From: Candidatus Omnitrophota bacterium | GTDB taxonomy: Bacteria; Omnitrophota; Gorgyraeia; Zapsychrales; Fredricksoniimonadaceae | Length of the DNA: 64,000 nt | Direction of reading: 5' to 3' | NCBI GenBank assembly: GCA_015233335.1 | Contig: JADFXX010000008.1 | Span: forward strand, 11,798-75,797 | Shown here: positions 54,452 through 64,000 of the stretch, piece by piece | How the letters are laid out: every line of letters starts with the position of its first letter | Position numbering within the stretch: the first letter of the stretch is position 1 | The notes under the pieces: generated by a model | Seen by the model: the letters and a program-made list of their open reading frames with translations, nothing else | Told to the model about the DNA's origin: nothing | The model's database searches: none | Program-made: the position numbers and the translations under genes

Positions 54452-56405
54452 GATTTTAGTCATTGTTGAGTCGCCGGCCAAGGTAAAAACTATTAATAAG
54501 ATTTTAGGGCCAAAATATAAAGTCACGGCTTCTATGGGGCATTTGATCGATCTGCCTAAATCGACCATAGGGGTCGATGTGGACCATGGCTTCGCCGCTA
54601 AATTTATTGTGGTGCGTGATAAACAGAAGACCCTTATCAAATTAAAAAAAGAAGCCAAGGGGGTGGACGAAATTTTTATAGCGACCGACCCTGACCGCGA
54701 AGGAGAGGCTATCGGCTGGAATTTAATACAGCATATTGGTCAGGGTAAAAAGGTGTGCCGGGTTGTATTCCATGAAATTACCAAGGATGCGGTCAAGAAG
54801 GCTTTTGCGCATCCTCGGGAATTTAACCGCAAACTGGTAGATGCCCAGAATGCCCGGCGGGTATTGGACCGTATTGTGGGTTATCAGATTAGCCCTTTAC
54901 TGTGGAAAAAAGTCGGTTCACGTTTGAGTGCCGGCCGTGTACAGTCTGTTGCCCTGCGCTTGGTTGTTGAACGAGAGGAGGCGATCAGAAGTTTTGTTCC
55001 TCAGGAATATTGGCAAATTTCGGTTGATTTGCAAAAAAAGGGACTTCAGGAAATTTTGAATGCCAATCTGGAGCGTATTGACGGTGAAAAAATAGAACTT
55101 AAAAATGAGATATTGACCAATGATATCGTTCATGAAATTAAAAAAGAATCTTTTAAAATCAATGCCATTACCACCAAACAAGTCAAACGAAACGCTCCGC
55201 CGCCATTTATCACAAGTACCTTGCAGCAAGAGGCGTTCAGTAAGTTAGGGTTTAACACATCTAAAACTATGATGATTGCCCAACAGCTTTATGAAGGCGT
55301 TGAAATCGGTGATGAGGAGCCTGAAGGTTTGATCACGTATATGCGTACGGATTCCGTTAACATTGCCTTGGAGGCTATAGAAAAAGTTCGGGGATTGATC
55401 AAAAAAGAGTACGGCGCTGATTATTTACCCGCGGAGCCTAATCGTTTTAAATCTAAGAAAAGCGCTCAAGAAGCGCATGAGGCCATACGGCCCAGTGATG
55501 TTCATCGCAAACCTGCCGACGTCAAAAGATACTTAAGTGATGATCAATTTCAATTGTATGACCTTATTTGGAAGAGATTTATCAGCTGTCAGATGATGAA
55601 TGCTGTTTTTGAGCAGACTAAGATCGAAATTCTAAGCGGGCGTTTTCAATGGGGTGTTTCAGGTTCTATTTTGGCTTTTCCCGGATATTTGGCGATTTAT
55701 AAGGATCAGGAAGATCAGGACATTAAGCTTGATCCTTCTTTATATGCGCAGGGGGATAGCCTTCATTTAATTGCAATCAACCCCAGTCAGCATTTTACTA
55801 AACCTCCGGCAAGATACTCGGAAGCCAGTTTAGTCAAGGCCTTAGAAGAGCAAGGTATAGGACGGCCATCGACTTATGCCTCGATCATTCACACATTAGT
55901 CTACCGAAATTATGTGATGCGTGACCGTGGTTATTTTACAGCCACAGATTTGGGGATCAAGATTTGCCATTTGCTGGTAGAATATTTTAAGAAGATCATG
56001 GATATAGGTTTTACGGCAACCATGGAAGAGGAGTTAGACTCGATCGAAGACGGCACGAATGATTACGCCAAGGTGCTGGGTGATTTTTGGGGCCCTTTCA
56101 AGGAAGAATTAGATTTTGCTTCGGCCAATATTCAAAAGACCGAGGTGACTATAGAAAAACCGTGCCCCGAATGTGCCAGGCCCATGACGGTTAAATGGGG
56201 ACGCCGGGGACGTTTTATCAGCTGTACGGGTTTCCCTGAATGTAAGCATGCCGAACCATTTACGACTGGTATCAAATGTCCTCAGGAAAACTGCACCGGA
56301 GAGCTTGTTGAGCGCCGTTCCCATCGTTCCGCTGTTTTTTACGGTTGCAGCCGTTATCCGGATTGCAAGTTTATAGCTAATAAACTGCCGTCTGTCAGCC
56401 AATGA
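54438..56405 (+). CDS. topA: DNA topoisomerase I
   Basis: TOPRIM N-terminus (KILVIVESPAKVKTINKILG), catalytic Tyr region, and C-terminal zinc ribbons (CPECARPM..., CPQENCTGEL...). Confidence 0.95.
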   Translation: MSMPKILVIVESPAKVKTINKILGPKYKVTASMGHLIDLPKSTIGVDVDHGFAAKFIVVRDKQKTLIKLKKEAKGVDEIFIATDPDREGEAIGWNLIQHIGQGKKVCRVVFHEITKDAVKKAFAHPREFNRKLVDAQNARRVLDRIVGYQISPLLWKKVGSRLSAGRVQSVALRLVVEREEAIRSFVPQEYWQISVDLQKKGLQEILNANLERIDGEKIELKNEILTNDIVHEIKKESFKINAITTKQVKRNAPPPFITSTLQQEAFSKLGFNTSKTMMIAQQLYEGVEIGDEEPEGLITYMRTDSVNIALEAIEKVRGLIKKEYGADYLPAEPNRFKSKKSAQEAHEAIRPSDVHRKPADVKRYLSDDQFQLYDLIWKRFISCQMMNAVFEQTKIEILSGRFQWGVSGSILAFPGYLAIYKDQEDQDIKLDPSLYAQGDSLHLIAINPSQHFTKPPARYSEASLVKALEEQGIGRPSTYASIIHTLVYRNYVMRDRGYFTATDLGIKICHLLVEYFKKIMDIGFTATMEEELDSIEDGTNDYAKVLGDFWGPFKEELDFASANIQKTEVTIEKPCPECARPMTVKWGRRGRFISCTGFPECKHAEPFTTGIKCPQENCTGELVERRSHRSAVFYGCSRYPDCKFIANKLPSVSQ

Positions 56406-57271
56406 ACAGCAATCTGCGCTATTTGGATAAGTTTTTTACCTATCTTGAAGTAGAGAAAAATTATTCCAAACACACCGCTTTAAATTACCGTATTGATCTG
56501 GAAGAATTTATGGTATTTCTTGAAAAAACTTCCTTTGAAGATGTGCGCTACTCTGATTTACGCCGGTTTTTGGCACAGCTTAAGGGCCGCAACTTAAAAC
56601 CTCGCACTCTGGCACGAAAACTTTCGAGCTTGCGTTCCTTTTTCAAATTTCTACAGCGCGAGAAAATCATTCAAGCCAACCCTGCCAAACTTCTTGTTAC
56701 TCCCAAGTTGGATAAGCCCTTGCCTCATTTTATGAGTGAAGAGGAGGCTGTCATAATCATCGAAGCCCCTAACAATAAAAAATCAGCTTCTTTGCGTGAC
56801 AGGGCTATTTTAGAAACTCTTTATTCGACAGGAATTCGGGTGAGCGAACTGGTGGGTCTTAATGTTGAGGATGTTGATTTTATAAGCAATATCATAAAAG
56901 TCATGGGTAAGGGAAAAAAAGAGCGTATGGTCCCTATAGGGGACAAAGCGTTAAATGCCCTAAAAGAGTATTTGGATCAATGTCAGAGGGACAACAAGTT
57001 TGTTTTTGTTAACAAAAACGGCACACGTTTAACCGACCGCAGTGTTCGTAACATCATTAACAAGTATATTCTGCAGCAGGCCGTAAGCCAGCACGTAAGT
57101 CCTCACATGTTCCGTCATTCCTTTGCCACACATCTTCTTAACCATGGCGCAGATTTACGTTCTGTACAGGAACTGTTAGGGCATGTTAATTTATCCACTA
57201 CTCAAATTTATACTCACCTAACAACCGAAAAACTGAAAAAAGTCTACGATCAAGCCCATCCCCGAGCGTAA
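56402..57271 (+). CDS. xerC: Tyrosine recombinase XerC/XerD
   Basis: SAM-like N-domain plus catalytic R...HxxR...Y (HMFRHSFATHLL...TQIYTH). Confidence 0.9.
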   Translation: MNSNLRYLDKFFTYLEVEKNYSKHTALNYRIDLEEFMVFLEKTSFEDVRYSDLRRFLAQLKGRNLKPRTLARKLSSLRSFFKFLQREKIIQANPAKLLVTPKLDKPLPHFMSEEEAVIIIEAPNNKKSASLRDRAILETLYSTGIRVSELVGLNVEDVDFISNIIKVMGKGKKERMVPIGDKALNALKEYLDQCQRDNKFVFVNKNGTRLTDRSVRNIINKYILQQAVSQHVSPHMFRHSFATHLLNHGADLRSVQELLGHVNLSTTQIYTHLTTEKLKKVYDQAHPRA

Positions 57272-57368
57272 TATATATAAAAGATTTAATTAGCATAGAA
57301 TGAAGCGCATATAGTAGTTCGTTCAAACTCATATTGTTATTTAAATAACTAAACGTTATAATATTGAA

Positions 57369-58637
57369 ATGTTTCTTTTGTATGATCTCCTTTTTTTAAT
57401 TTACGCGATTCTTTACCTGCCCTATTTGCTGATAACCAACCGAGGATACGCAGGTTATGCCATTCGTTTTGGTTTTTTCCCCCCGTCGATACAAAAGCGG
57501 GTCAAGGGTATGGCCAATATATGGGTGCATGCGGTCAGTGTGGGCGAGGTGATGGTGGCGGAGGGGTTTATCGAGCAGTTAAGAAAGAAATTCCCTTCTT
57601 ACCAGCTGGTCTTGACGGTGACGACCAAAACCGGTTATGCGCTGGCTCTCAAACGACTGCAGCATAGTGCGGTCGTTATCCCGTCGCCTTTGGATTTCAG
57701 TTTTGTCGCAGGAAGGTTTTCCGATCTTATCAATCCAAAGATATACATCGCGGCCGAAACAGAAATTTGGCCTAATCTTTACGTTCAATTATACCGCAAG
57801 CGTATTCCCATAGCGGTCATTAACGGTCGCATTTCGGATAAATCTTTTGATTGTTACAAGATTATCGGATTTATATTAAAAGGCGTTCTAAGCCGGGTTT
57901 CCGTTTGGTGTATGCAGACTCCTCAAGATGCGGGGAGGATCTTGGCCCTCGGAGCTGAAGCTTCACGGGTCTTTGTGACGGGTAATTTAAAGTTTGATGG
58001 TTTGACCCGGTTTTCGCAAGGATCATCCGGTCAATTAACAAGCGCACATGGAGAACTTTGGTGGGTCGCGGGCTCTACGCATCCGGGTGAAGAAGACATT
58101 GTGCTTGACGTCTATGCGAAAATTATAAAAGAAAACTCCAATTGGCGCTTAGTGATTGCTCCTCGTCATATTGAAAGGGCAGATAAAATCATAGAGCTGG
58201 CCACACATCGCGGATTTAAAGCGCTCAAATTTTCGCATATTCTCAATCACGGTGAAAAGAGAGATTTAGACAAAGCTGTTATAGTGGTCGATACCATCGG
58301 ACATCTGCGCTCTTTATATGCAAAGGCTTCTTTGGTTTTTGTCGGGAAAACTTTACGGGTCGGAGGAGGGCAAAATATCATTGAACCGTCATTTTACGGT
58401 AAGGCTATTATCATTGGGCCGCGGTCTGAGAATTTCAGGGATATTGTTTCCTGTTTTAAAGAGAGAAATGCCCTTGTGCAGGTCAAGGATGATCAAGCTT
58501 TTGAGACTGCCGTCAGAGACTTATGCGCCGATCCGGCAAAACGTGAGGCTCAAGGAGCTAGGGCCCGGGAAGTTGTTTGTGCCAATCAGGGAGCCACACT
58601 GCGCAGTATAGCTCGCTTGGAGGATTATTTGAAATGA
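57369..58637 (+). CDS. waaA: 3-deoxy-D-manno-octulosonic acid (Kdo) transferase
   Basis: IWVHAVSVGEV...TKTGY. GT30 family. Followed by lpxK. Confidence 0.9.
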   Translation: MFLLYDLLFLIYAILYLPYLLITNRGYAGYAIRFGFFPPSIQKRVKGMANIWVHAVSVGEVMVAEGFIEQLRKKFPSYQLVLTVTTKTGYALALKRLQHSAVVIPSPLDFSFVAGRFSDLINPKIYIAAETEIWPNLYVQLYRKRIPIAVINGRISDKSFDCYKIIGFILKGVLSRVSVWCMQTPQDAGRILALGAEASRVFVTGNLKFDGLTRFSQGSSGQLTSAHGELWWVAGSTHPGEEDIVLDVYAKIIKENSNWRLVIAPRHIERADKIIELATHRGFKALKFSHILNHGEKRDLDKAVIVVDTIGHLRSLYAKASLVFVGKTLRVGGGQNIIEPSFYGKAIIIGPRSENFRDIVSCFKERNALVQVKDDQAFETAVRDLCADPAKREAQGARAREVVCANQGATLRSIARLEDYLK

Positions 58638-59677
58638 ATCCATATTTACTTTCTGTGTTAAAGGGGGAGAGAAATAGTTTTTTTGCGTTATTGATCACCT
58701 ATTTGTTGCTGCCTTGGACTTTAATCTACGCTCTGGGTGTTTTTTGTCATCGCAATTTTTATCGTTTAAGGGGGGCTTACAAGGCCCCCAAACCGGTCAT
58801 CAGCATTGGCAATATTACTGTCGGAGGGACAGGCAAGACCCCATTGGTGATTTGGCTGGCACGTCATTTGCAGGATAAGGGGTATAAATCCGTTATTTTA
58901 ACTCGAGGGTATATGGCGTCGGGGGCCAAAGACAGCGATGAGGCGGATATGTTCAATGAACAAATCCCCTATATTCCTGTTTTGAAAGGGGCCGACCGTG
59001 TCGCCAATATCAAGAAATCTCTGGGCGTTTTGCCGGTCGATGTGTTTATATGTGACGATGCTTTTCAGCATTGGCCGCTGAGACGCGATTTAAACATTGT
59101 CACAATCGATGCCGTTAATCCGTTTGGACGCGGTTATCTTTTACCCGCAGGGATTTTGCGCGAAGGTTTATCTGCCTTAAAGCGAGCGGATGTCATTGTG
59201 TTGACAAAAACAGACGGGACCAATAACGTTCAGGCCCTGTCTGCCAAGCTTAAGAAGATTAATGCCCGTGCGTTGATTGTTGAAAGCCTTCATAAAGGCG
59301 GTGACGCGGTGGATGTTTTTGGAAAAGATGCTTTGCCCGTAGATTTCTTAAAAAACATTCCTGTCGCAGGATTTTGCGCTATCGGAGATCCTGTTTCTTT
59401 TGTCTCGGAATTAAAAAATTCCGGGGCCCGTATTATGGGGGTATTTACTTACAGGGACCATCACATTTATCATCAAAAGGACATTCAAGGGATGGTTGAC
59501 TTTTGCCGTGCCCAAACGGTCCCGATACTCGTGACAACCCATAAAGATGCCGTCAAGTTGCATAAATTTAAAGGATTATTTAACGGGCTTCGCTTAGTTT
59601 ATATCCCGATACAGCTAGAAATTACTAAAGGGTCTGATGAATTCATTCAAAAAATTGTGTCTGCTTGCCGCGGTTAA
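58634..59677 (+). CDS. lpxK: Tetraacyldisaccharide 4'-kinase
   Basis: VISIGNITVGGTGKTPLVIWLA P-loop. ATGA overlap with waaA. The table ORF starts at the upstream in-frame ATG at 58577. Confidence 0.9.
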   Translation: MNPYLLSVLKGERNSFFALLITYLLLPWTLIYALGVFCHRNFYRLRGAYKAPKPVISIGNITVGGTGKTPLVIWLARHLQDKGYKSVILTRGYMASGAKDSDEADMFNEQIPYIPVLKGADRVANIKKSLGVLPVDVFICDDAFQHWPLRRDLNIVTIDAVNPFGRGYLLPAGILREGLSALKRADVIVLTKTDGTNNVQALSAKLKKINARALIVESLHKGGDAVDVFGKDALPVDFLKNIPVAGFCAIGDPVSFVSELKNSGARIMGVFTYRDHHIYHQKDIQGMVDFCRAQTVPILVTTHKDAVKLHKFKGLFNGLRLVYIPIQLEITKGSDEFIQKIVSACRG

Positions 59678-61604
59678 ATCAGCGGCTGTGTTTTTTATGC
59701 TTTTACCTTTTGGCATCGCTCTTTGGATGGGGCGTTGTATCGGTTGGGTCGGCTGGTGTCTTATTCCCCGAAAGAGAGCGGTCGTTTATGCTAATTTAAA
59801 AACAGCGTTCTCCTCAGAGCGTTCACCTTCGGAAATATGTGATTTAACCAAGAGCGTCTTTATTAATTTTGCCCAGAGCTTTGTTGAGCTGTTATGTCTG
59901 CCTAAAATCAAACGTGCAGGTTTTGAACGATTTGTCGATTTGCAAAATAAGGAAAACATCGATCATGCCCTAAAGCTTGGCCGTGGGGTCATTCTTTTGG
60001 CGATCCATTCTGGAAGCTGGGAATTAGCCAGTGTGGTAGGCAGCGTGACAAAACGAGCCTATCATGTGGTCGCCAACGATCAACCCAAGTTGCCTCAATT
60101 AGATGTTATGCTCAATGAATACCGCACCATCGCCGGCGCGCATGTGATACACGAGGGAGCGGCTGCTAAAGAAATTATAACTGCTTTGCATAACAATGAA
60201 ATTATTTCATTAGTGGTAGATCAAGGGGGACGGGAAGGCCAGCCGGTGCCTTTTTTGGGGAAGACGGCATCTATGTCAACAGGGGCTATTCGAATAGCCA
60301 TGAAATATGGTGCTAGCGTATGTCCGGTCTGGATGGAACGCAGGTCTTTGGGGAAACATACTTTAAAGATCTTTCCCGCCATGTCATTAGTATCAACCGG
60401 TAATTTTGAAAAAGATGTTACCGCGAACATTAACCAAGCGGTCAGTATATTTGAAGGCTTGTTAAGAGAGCATCCTCAGGAGTATTTTTGGTTTTATAAA
60501 GTGTTCAAACATTCGAACCAAGCCCGGGTTGTCATTGTGGATGACGGACGCACCGGGCATTTACGTCAGTCTCAATCAGTGGCCCGTAGTTTGGGGGTGG
60601 TTTTAAAGAAAAAAGGCAAGCTGGTTACAGAGGATATTATTTCACTGCAATGGCGCGCTCCCTGGGCTATTTTGGTCTTTTCTCTTTACATATTTTTAGG
60701 CCAGTTTTTTGGTTTTTTAAGAAGAGAAAGTTTCTTAAAATATTTTCTAACCAAAGCCTGTTTTGATGACTTGATGAAACTTAAAGCGGATTTTGTAATC
60801 TCTTGTGGGGCACAGGCCGCGGGGATCAATTATCTATTAAGCCGAAATCATCTGGCCCGCTCCATTGCGATATTAATGCCTTCTCTTCTGTCTTTGGATT
60901 GTTTTGATGTGGTGATTTTACCGGAGCACGACCGTCTCAAGGCCCCCCGTAAGGCCCGGCTGATTAAACTTAAAGTCGCGCCTAATTTGATTGATGGGGC
61001 TTATTTGAAGGACCAGAGTGAGGGGTTAGTCAGACATTATTCTCATTTAAAAAATAGCGTGCGCACCAAATTCGGTGTGCTGATCGGCGGGAATGCCAAG
61101 GGGGTTGTTTTTGACGAGTCTAAAATCCGTCAATTGATCAATCAGCTTAAAGAGACTGCTCTGTATTATAACGCAGATATTTTATTGACTACCTCAAGGC
61201 GTACGCCTCCAGCGATTGAACAGTTGATTTCCAAGGAGCTTAAGAACTTCGAACGCTGTTCTTTATGTATTATTGCCAATCAGCGCAATATCCCTGAAGC
61301 CGTAGGCGGCATTTTAGGCTTGTCTGATTTGGTCATAGTTTCCGGGGAGAGTGTTTCTATGGTTTCGGAAGCTTTGAGTTCAGGTAAAAGCACTATTGTA
61401 TTTTCAGCGGGATTACAGTATGGTGATGTGCCCAGGGACAAATATGACGATTTTGTGTTTAAATTAAATGAACAGGGCTATTTAATGATAACAAGCGTCA
61501 AGGGGTTATCGATGAAAATAGCCCAATTGCTAAGCCGTAAAATAACATTAAAGAATTTGGATGATCAAAGTGTCATTCAAAAGGCCTTAGGGGAGATTGT
61601 TTAA
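59637..61604 (+). CDS. Fusion protein: LpxL/HtrB-like lipid A acyltransferase (N-terminal) plus ELM1/DUF1022-like putative glycosyltransferase (C-terminal)
   Basis: N-half has LLAIHSGSWELA (the HxxxxE/D LPLAT box). C-half has VVIVDDGRTGHLRQSQSVARSLG...GVLIGGNAKG...ILLTTSRRTP, typical of the ELM1/GtrOC1 family. Confidence 0.7.
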   Translation: MNSFKKLCLLAAVKSAAVFFMLLPFGIALWMGRCIGWVGWCLIPRKRAVVYANLKTAFSSERSPSEICDLTKSVFINFAQSFVELLCLPKIKRAGFERFVDLQNKENIDHALKLGRGVILLAIHSGSWELASVVGSVTKRAYHVVANDQPKLPQLDVMLNEYRTIAGAHVIHEGAAAKEIITALHNNEIISLVVDQGGREGQPVPFLGKTASMSTGAIRIAMKYGASVCPVWMERRSLGKHTLKIFPAMSLVSTGNFEKDVTANINQAVSIFEGLLREHPQEYFWFYKVFKHSNQARVVIVDDGRTGHLRQSQSVARSLGVVLKKKGKLVTEDIISLQWRAPWAILVFSLYIFLGQFFGFLRRESFLKYFLTKACFDDLMKLKADFVISCGAQAAGINYLLSRNHLARSIAILMPSLLSLDCFDVVILPEHDRLKAPRKARLIKLKVAPNLIDGAYLKDQSEGLVRHYSHLKNSVRTKFGVLIGGNAKGVVFDESKIRQLINQLKETALYYNADILLTTSRRTPPAIEQLISKELKNFERCSLCIIANQRNIPEAVGGILGLSDLVIVSGESVSMVSEALSSGKSTIVFSAGLQYGDVPRDKYDDFVFKLNEQGYLMITSVKGLSMKIAQLLSRKITLKNLDDQSVIQKALGEIV

Positions 61605-61610
61605 AGAATT

Positions 61611-63698
61611 ATGAATATTTTACAAATTCTTCCAGAACTTAATGTAGGAGGGGTTGAGACCGGGACCGTGGATATGGCCAGATATTTGGCCGCCCATGGA
61701 CATAAGTCCATCGTTGTCTCTAATGGCGGCGGTCTAGTCGAGGTGCTTGAGACGCAAGGATGTAAACACTATACGTTGCCGGTGCACAAGAAGAATCTAT
61801 TTACGATGTTTCGTTGTATCTCTAAGCTTGTCGCAATCATCAACTATGAAAAGATTGATATTGTTCACGCCCGTTCGAGAGTCCCTGCATGGATTGCTTT
61901 TTTTGCCTGCAGGCGGACACAAGCCCATTTTGTGACCACATGTCATGGTTACTATTCCCGGCATTTGTTCAGCCGTGTGATGGGCTGGGGGAAACTGGTC
62001 ATTGCCATCAGCGATGTCATCGGACGGCACATGGTGGAAGATCTGGCAACTCCTGCGGAAAATATCCGTGTCATTGCGCGTTCCGTTGATGTTGAGAAAT
62101 TTAACCTGCCCAGAACTCCTAAAACACCTTCTGATCCAATGACTGTTGTCATGATCAGTCGTATTACCCCCCTCAAAGGGCATGCCTACTTTATAAAAGC
62201 CATGGGGCATGTGATCAATCAAATGCCTTCTGTTAAAGTCCAGTTGATCGGGGATGCCCCGGCGAAAAAACAAGCCTATAAGGATGAATTGGTCCTTTTG
62301 GTCAAACGGCTTGGGATAGAAGAACAGGTTGAATTCTTAGGGAATCGCAGGGACATTCCCGAACTTTTATCTAAAGCCGATTGTTTAGTGCTGTCGACGG
62401 TCACTCATGAGGCTTTTGGCCGGGTGATCATTGAAGCCCAGGCTGCAGGGGTGCCTGTCGTAGCGACACGGGTCGGTGGGGTGGCGGAGATCATTGACCA
62501 TGAAAAAACCGGTCTGTTGGTGCTGCCCAAGGATGCTGACGGGATTTCTCGAGCCGTATTGCGTATTTTAAAAGATCCCGCCTTAGCCGCAGGTTTTGTG
62601 CTTGAGGCAAAAAAGAAAATTGAGGACCGGTACACCTTAGTTAAGATGGCGGATGCGACTGTCGCTGTTTATCAAGAGCTTATGCAAACGATGAAAATTT
62701 TGATCATTAAACTGACGGCCGTCGGAGACGTGGTATTAACGACCGCGGCCTTTGCCGCCATTCGCAATAAATTTCCCAATGCGCAAATTTTCTGTTTAAC
62801 CTCTTATGAGGCCAGCGCCATTGTGCAGAATTGCCCTCATTTAAATGGGACCATTGTTGTTAATCCTAAAGCCAAAAGACTACCGGAGCTTTGGCGTATG
62901 AGTCAAGAACTCCGTCGCTATCATTTTGACAAAGTCGTAGATTTACAAAATAACCGCACAAGCCACTTATTGGCTTTTTTGGCCATGGCTCATGAGTCCT
63001 ATGGGTATAATAATGGCAAGTTCGCGTTTTTATTGTCTAGAAAATTGGATAATGATATCCGCAATATTCCACCCGTAGAACATCAATTTCGTATATTGAA
63101 AATGCTCAACATTAATTATGATGCTAATGTCAGGCTTAAGCTATGGCCTTCGGCTAAAGACGAGGCTTATGTGCAGTCCCTTCTGGACAGCGAATGGTTG
63201 AGCGGTTCACAGATTTTTGTAGGATTAAATGTGTCCGCATCCAAGCAATGGCCTACTAAGAATTGGCCTTTGGAATACATAGCTAAATTATGCGATATCT
63301 TAGGACAAAAAAATATACGACTGATTTTAACCGGTGAAAATAAAGATAAAGCTTTAGTCAGGAAGATCTTGCATAAGGCCCATGCCAAGCCCGCCAATTT
63401 TGCGGGGAAAACGACCATTTTGCAGTTGGCGGCGCTTGTTAAGCGCTGCCGGGTCTATATTTCTATGGATTCGGCGCCTTTGCATGTGGCCGCGGCCATG
63501 CAGGTGCCGGTCATAGCTTTTTTTGGGCCAACGGATTTCCGTCGTCATATGCCGCCTTCAGATCGATTTGTGGTGTTGCATAAACCGATGAAATGTTCAC
63601 CTTGTTACTCTAGCATCTGTAAGATCAAGACCCATGCATGCATGAATGATATTGTACCGGAAGAAGTGGCCCGTCAGGTCATCCAATTAATCAAATGA
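61611..63698 (+). CDS. Bifunctional glycosyltransferase: GT4 (family 1) domain plus ADP-heptose:LPS heptosyltransferase (GT9) domain
   Basis: N-half has the GT4 pattern (ILPELNVGGVETGTVDMARYL...EAFGRVIIEAQAAGVPVVAT). C-half has KILIIKLTAVGDVVLTT...KQWP..NW...DSAPLHVAAAMQVPVIAFFGPTD, the RfaF/WaaC signature. No stop between the two domains. Confidence 0.7.
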   Translation: MNILQILPELNVGGVETGTVDMARYLAAHGHKSIVVSNGGGLVEVLETQGCKHYTLPVHKKNLFTMFRCISKLVAIINYEKIDIVHARSRVPAWIAFFACRRTQAHFVTTCHGYYSRHLFSRVMGWGKLVIAISDVIGRHMVEDLATPAENIRVIARSVDVEKFNLPRTPKTPSDPMTVVMISRITPLKGHAYFIKAMGHVINQMPSVKVQLIGDAPAKKQAYKDELVLLVKRLGIEEQVEFLGNRRDIPELLSKADCLVLSTVTHEAFGRVIIEAQAAGVPVVATRVGGVAEIIDHEKTGLLVLPKDADGISRAVLRILKDPALAAGFVLEAKKKIEDRYTLVKMADATVAVYQELMQTMKILIIKLTAVGDVVLTTAAFAAIRNKFPNAQIFCLTSYEASAIVQNCPHLNGTIVVNPKAKRLPELWRMSQELRRYHFDKVVDLQNNRTSHLLAFLAMAHESYGYNNGKFAFLLSRKLDNDIRNIPPVEHQFRILKMLNINYDANVRLKLWPSAKDEAYVQSLLDSEWLSGSQIFVGLNVSASKQWPTKNWPLEYIAKLCDILGQKNIRLILTGENKDKALVRKILHKAHAKPANFAGKTTILQLAALVKRCRVYISMDSAPLHVAAAMQVPVIAFFGPTDFRRHMPPSDRFVVLHKPMKCSPCYSSICKIKTHACMNDIVPEEVARQVIQLIK

Positions 63699-64000
63699 AT
63701 ATTCTTTTTTTAACAACGCATCTGAATACGGGGGGGATCACCAGCTATCTTTTGACCTTAGGGCAAGCTTTAGTTAAGAAGGGCCACAGACTGCTGGTGG
63801 CCTCAAGTGGGGGCAATTGCGTTGCTAGATTTGAGGAGGCCGGAATACGGCATGTACAAATGAACATCCGTACAAAATCCGAAGTGCATCCAAAATTATT
63901 ATTTGCATGGCCCGTTTTGAATCGTTTGATCCGTCAGGAAAATATAAATATCATACATGCTCAGACACGAGTCACCCAAGTGTTAGGTTATGGGCTTAGT
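63695..64000 (+). CDS. Glycosyltransferase family 1 (GT4), N-terminal part (truncated by the window end)
   Basis: MNILFLTTHLNTGGITSYLLTLGQALVKKGHRLLVASSGG. The ATG overlaps the previous stop. Confidence 0.65.
   Translation, partial: MNILFLTTHLNTGGITSYLLTLGQALVKKGHRLLVASSGGNCVARFEEAGIRHVQMNIRTKSEVHPKLLFAWPVLNRLIRQENINIIHAQTRVTQVLGYGLS

Noticed and set aside
56402-57271. Integrase of a mobile element or genomic island
   Set aside because: It is adjacent to topA and dprA and has XerC/D-type architecture, with no flanking tRNA target, direct repeats or phage or cargo genes. It is most likely the chromosomal dimer-resolution recombinase.

Overview
This 64-kb window looks like a chromosomal segment of a low-GC, diderm (LPS-producing) bacterium, probably from an uncultivated lineage. 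Gene density is high, almost every gene is on the + strand, and many neighbours overlap by 4 bp (ATGA/TTGA).

Gene content, 5' to 3':
- A 5'-truncated PAS/PAC sensor tail.
- Two unusual Cys-rich proteins: a 72-aa protein with two CW motifs, and a 295-aa protein made of two tandem CxxC...CxxC modules.
- An AsmA-family membrane protein and an Old Yellow Enzyme-type NADH:flavin oxidoreductase.
- On the minus strand, a PilZ protein and an amtB-glnK nitrogen module.
- A lipoprotein and an LpxL-family acyltransferase.
- A metal-handling cluster: a CPCC-motif DsbD_2-like membrane protein, a His-rich TPR protein, and znuA/znuC/znuB (Zn/Mn ABC transporter) with a downstream secreted protein.
- A small Smr-domain protein, a DUF167 protein and a GatB/YqeY-domain protein.
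- A polysaccharide deacetylase, a SAM methyltransferase and a 1070-aa protein of uncertain (possibly GH94/GH65-like) function.
- purE.
- A complete Bat/aerotolerance-type operon: MoxR ATPase, DUF58, DUF4381-like, two vWA proteins, a TPR/poly-Q protein, and a 1313-aa BatD-like ORF continuous with a BNR/Asp-box beta-propeller.
- lpxB (minus strand), a Gfo/Idh/MocA oxidoreductase that may be GnnA (minus strand), and an msbA-like exporter.
- rpsB-tsf-pyrH-frr, followed by tRNA-Lys(UUU), tRNA-Leu(UAG) and tRNA-Gly(GCC).
- ptsN, yvcK, ptsH, ptsI.
- A sugar nucleotidyltransferase, metK, ahcY, pfkA, a class II fructose-bisphosphate aldolase, ilvC, leuA/cimA, aroE, a prepilin peptidase and aroK.
- dprA, topA, a XerC/D-type recombinase.
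- An LPS inner-core cluster: waaA (kdtA), lpxK, an LpxL-ELM1 fusion, a GT4-GT9 (heptosyltransferase) fusion, and a partial GT4 at the window end.

Non-genic structure that stands out:
1. A dispersed family of short imperfect-palindrome repeats. Subfamily A has the core GTCATTGCGAG..GAAGCAATC; subfamily B has GTCGTCCTGAGCAAAGCGAAGGACC / CGTCATYCTGAGGC. They occur intergenically, at the 5' ends of secreted-protein genes where they encode the positively charged part of the signal peptide, and twice as exact 39-bp (13-codon) in-frame insertions inside coding sequence (lpxB and the BatD/BNR ORF). This is the behaviour described for Rickettsia palindromic elements.
2. The ilvC-leuA spacer carries two diverged, oppositely oriented copies of a ~150-nt element. 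They share a hairpin with a conserved CTCTGG loop and compensatory stem changes. Copy 1 is bracketed by a 39-bp inverted repeat. This is a candidate novel structured RNA or a MITE-like element.
3. A 28-bp perfect inverted repeat encloses a 93-bp GC-rich insert at the 5' end of the TPR/poly-Q gene.

No CRISPR array, cas gene, rRNA, transposase or integrase was found apart from the chromosomal XerC/D-like recombinase. Coordinates for features not in the ORF table were counted by hand and may be off by 1-2 nt.
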